Shown here piece by piece: positions 61,487-64,000 of a stretch of DNA of 64,000 nucleotides. A program made the translations under genes and the position numbers. Source of the DNA: Monocercomonoides exilis PA203 (lineage: Eukaryota > Protista > Preaxostyla); assembly GCA_001643675.2 (NCBI GenBank), contig LSRY02000065.1, forward strand, positions 124,001 to 188,000. The letters are read 5' to 3'. The notes below the pieces were generated by a model. That model was not told where the DNA came from and searched no databases. It saw only the letters and a program-made list of their open reading frames with translations. How positions within the stretch are numbered: position 1 is the stretch's first letter; every line of letters starts with the position of its first letter.

Positions 61487-62598
61487 ATGAATAAACATTG
61501 GGCTAAGCAACAAATACTTGACAGTTATTTTGTGAAAACAAAGTTATATATTTTCTATTGCTAATGCTACTGATTTTTTAAACTTTATTTTTCTCATTTT
61601 TAGAGAAGCCGAAGACTATCGTGAAAAAGAGACTGAAGCTGCGATTACAATTCAAAAAGTTGTTCGTGGATATCGTACGCGAAAACAATTAGAAAATTTA
61701 AGGTTTATAATTATAATTTTTAGTTATTTTCTTTTTATTTAACTGTTACAAAAAGGGAAAAAGCTTTAATTATTCAAAAGGCCTATCGGCGTCATCTTGC
61801 GAGAAAGGAATATAACAGTCGCTTGGCTGAAAAATGCAAGAAAGAGCGTATGGATGTTTTCAATGCTGCAGCAACAAAATTTCAAAAAGTGTTTGTAAGA
61901 ATTCATATTTCTCATTTTTTCGCAAATTTTAACAATTTTCTTTCAGCTTTCGAGGATGGTATATTAGAAAGCATGTCTTGGATTTTTATAAGAGAAAGGC
62001 CTATTTGAATAATATAGAATCAAAGGTTTATTTGAATTTTGTGTAACTCTATTAAAGGTTATTATTCAAATAGAATGCTGAAATGGAAGTACTTTTAGAT
62101 GAGCATGTACAGCAGCAAATGCTTGCTGCAAAGGTTTGCATCAATAACTTGTGCCTATTAATTTTTTATCTTTTGTTAATTTTTTATCATAATTTATTTT
62201 ATTTTTTTCAGGAAGAAGCAGAAATGGCACATATGAATGCAGTTGTAACTGCATCAAAGAGCCTTCATCATTTGGTATCCACAAAAACTCAACCATCAAT
62301 TTTTGCCTCTCCATATGCTACTCAGAAGCCTACTATATGTGGAGAAGATGTGGAGCAGTTTATTGAAAAGCAGACAAAGGATGTAGTCAAAACAAGGATG
62401 ATGACCCAGCGCTTGTCGAGAACAAGAGCAATGGCTTCTGAAACAATGGGAAGAACCGATAACATGGCAAAAGAAACTCAGAAAAGAGCAACACTTAAAG
62501 ATGGAAGTGGAAGAGGAAGAACAATTGGAGGAGTGGAAAAAATGGGTACTACAAGTAAAACTTCTCAGTTATCAACACGTGGAAGAGGGAGAATGTGA
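61487..62598 (+). CDS. IQ-motif protein, SPATA17-like, multi-exon
   Basis: Three IQ motifs (IQKVVRGYRTRK, IQKAYRRHLARK, FQKV/FRGWYIRK), then DFYKRKAYL and HHLVSTKTQPSIFASPY. Confidence 0.75.
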
Positions 62599-62869
62599 GA
62601 ACGAAAAAAGAATCTTTTGAAAAAACTAACTTTTGTTTTCTTTCTAGCGATTTTTGTTTTTGTTATTCGAATTTCATGTTATATTCATCCCATTCATTTC
62701 AAAGCATTTCACTCAATTCAGCTTTACAACACACAAAATGAGCAAAAACAAGCGGCATTTTGAAAATCTTTTTGATTCGCATGAAATGAAATGAAATGAA
62801 ATGGAAACACTTTTTAAATTGAAATGAGTGAAGTGTTGAAAAGCAATGAAGTGAAATGTTTTTATGATT

Positions 62870-63882
62870 TTAAGTTCGTGGAGCTTTTTGAATGGAAAGA
62901 TTGATAAATAGAAATTGATAACAAATGATTGCATTGACACTCAAGATAATTGTTCTAAAAAAGTGCTCACAAACCTCCCAATGCCTCTGGAAGACGCTCT
63001 ATGTTGTACCTGCGAGCAGTCCTACCTCCTATATACATTATTGGAACTCCTGGAATTTTTCTTAATCTTCTTTTCAAATCACGATCATTTGTTGCAACAA
63101 TATAAACAGGATCCTGTGGAAAAAAGACATGAAAATTTCAAGAAAAATGAAAATCATTTTTTTTTCAATAAAAAAAAACCTTGGCAACAATATTGCAAAT
63201 GCAATCATCAGCATATGTTCCTTTGTGCATGCAATGAATCCTCTCAAATCGTGGATCTTTTGCAATTCTGTTAAGAAGATGATTTAGCAATGAAAAAGAA
63301 AAAATAAAAATTTCCTTAATAATAAAAATAAGAAATATATAAACCTTAATGCAATGCGATACTTGGGCCCAAGTTTTTCAAGCTCGGCAAGAACACAATC
63401 ACTTATGCATGGTGTACCTTCATTATGAGATTATGGTACGGAAACTTAAAAAATATCAAAACAAATAAACTGCAAACATTTTGCCAAAAGGCAATCCATC
63501 ATCGATTGAACCAAGTCTAATTTTCTTTGAATGGAATGATTTATAAAGTTTGTATCAACGATTATGCGATAAGGTGGTCCAAGTGCCTCATTATGCGAAA
63601 AGAACATCGTTGACTGAACCTTGGGACTATAATAATGAATAAATTTAATAAATGCAGAATAAAAATATTCAATGCAAGAAATTAAGTTTTTGTTTTCAAA
63701 CGCTTCAACTGGAGCAAGTCTTTCTGCTTGTCGTTTCTTTTGTCTTTCCAGCTTTTCCTGTGCACTTGATCTGTCAAAAACGTTAAATGTGATCATAAAA
63801 AATAAACAACAAACAATCTTGGATCGCTTGGTGAAATTATTTTCTTCACAGTTGCAAATTTCTTGAATTTTGATTTTGGCAT
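62870..63882 (-). CDS. FCF1: rRNA-processing PIN nuclease FCF1/UTP24, multi-exon
   Basis: [84 protein letters not shown]. Confidence 0.95.
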
Positions 63883-63932
63883 TTTTGAATTTTTCTAATG
63901 GGCCGTGCCCAAATTCAAAATTTGTTGTGAAA
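63883..63932. promoter_or_regulatory. Candidate dyad-symmetric bidirectional core promoter
   Basis: TTTTGAATTT..TGGGC-CGT-GCCCA-AATTCAAAA between the FCF1 ATG (63882, minus) and an ATG at 63933 (plus). Confidence 0.45.
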
Positions 63933-64000
63933 ATGAATTGGCTTGGAGGCTCTTTGTTAACGTTGTACTTCCTTGGTACATTTTTTGTAGTTCCATTTAC
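63933..64000 (+). CDS. Probable first exon (MNWLGGS..) of a gene running out of the window
   Basis: AAA-ATG context, short open frame, then a GT donor and T-rich intron-like sequence. MNWxGG recalls the N-terminus of C12orf40/REDIC1-like proteins (from memory). Confidence 0.35.
   Translation, partial: MNWLGGSLLTLYFLGTFFVVPF

Noticed and set aside
1-64000. CRISPR arrays, rRNA, tRNA, prokaryote-style operons or defence systems
   Set aside because: No repeat-spacer periodicity or recognisable structural RNA seen by eye, and the DNA is eukaryotic. tRNAscan/Infernal would be needed to exclude small RNAs.

Overview
Eukaryotic, AT-rich, intron-containing genomic DNA in the standard genetic code (genes end in TAA, TAG and TGA). 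The short GT-AG introns, poly-Ser/Glu microsatellite-rich proteins and gene families resemble the oxymonad Monocercomonoides (my inference, not a database result). In order: a degenerate pogo-type DDE transposase (1-1473); a 3021-aa beta-helix receptor with a pseudokinase tail (3637-12699); PARG (13904-18169); a giant USP9X/24/34-like deubiquitinase (minus, 18470 to ~33361); a MAP2K and an inositol polyphosphate kinase placed head-to-head with 29 bp between their ATGs; PIG-W/GWT1; an accessory zone (~40.9-52 kb) with foldback and MITE-like elements, a complete TA-flanked pogo-like transposon that splits a family pseudogene, and several paralogs of a lineage-specific helical family; centrin-3; a very large low-complexity ORF; a SPATA17-like IQ protein; FCF1; and the probable start of a further divergent gene. 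I found no clearly new multi-gene system. The best leads are the very short bidirectional promoters, the PARG carrying a PIP box, an MIU-like motif and large insertions, the exactly delimited intron-bearing transposon, a probable gene-conversion tract, and the receptor pseudokinase. Exon boundaries were read by eye.
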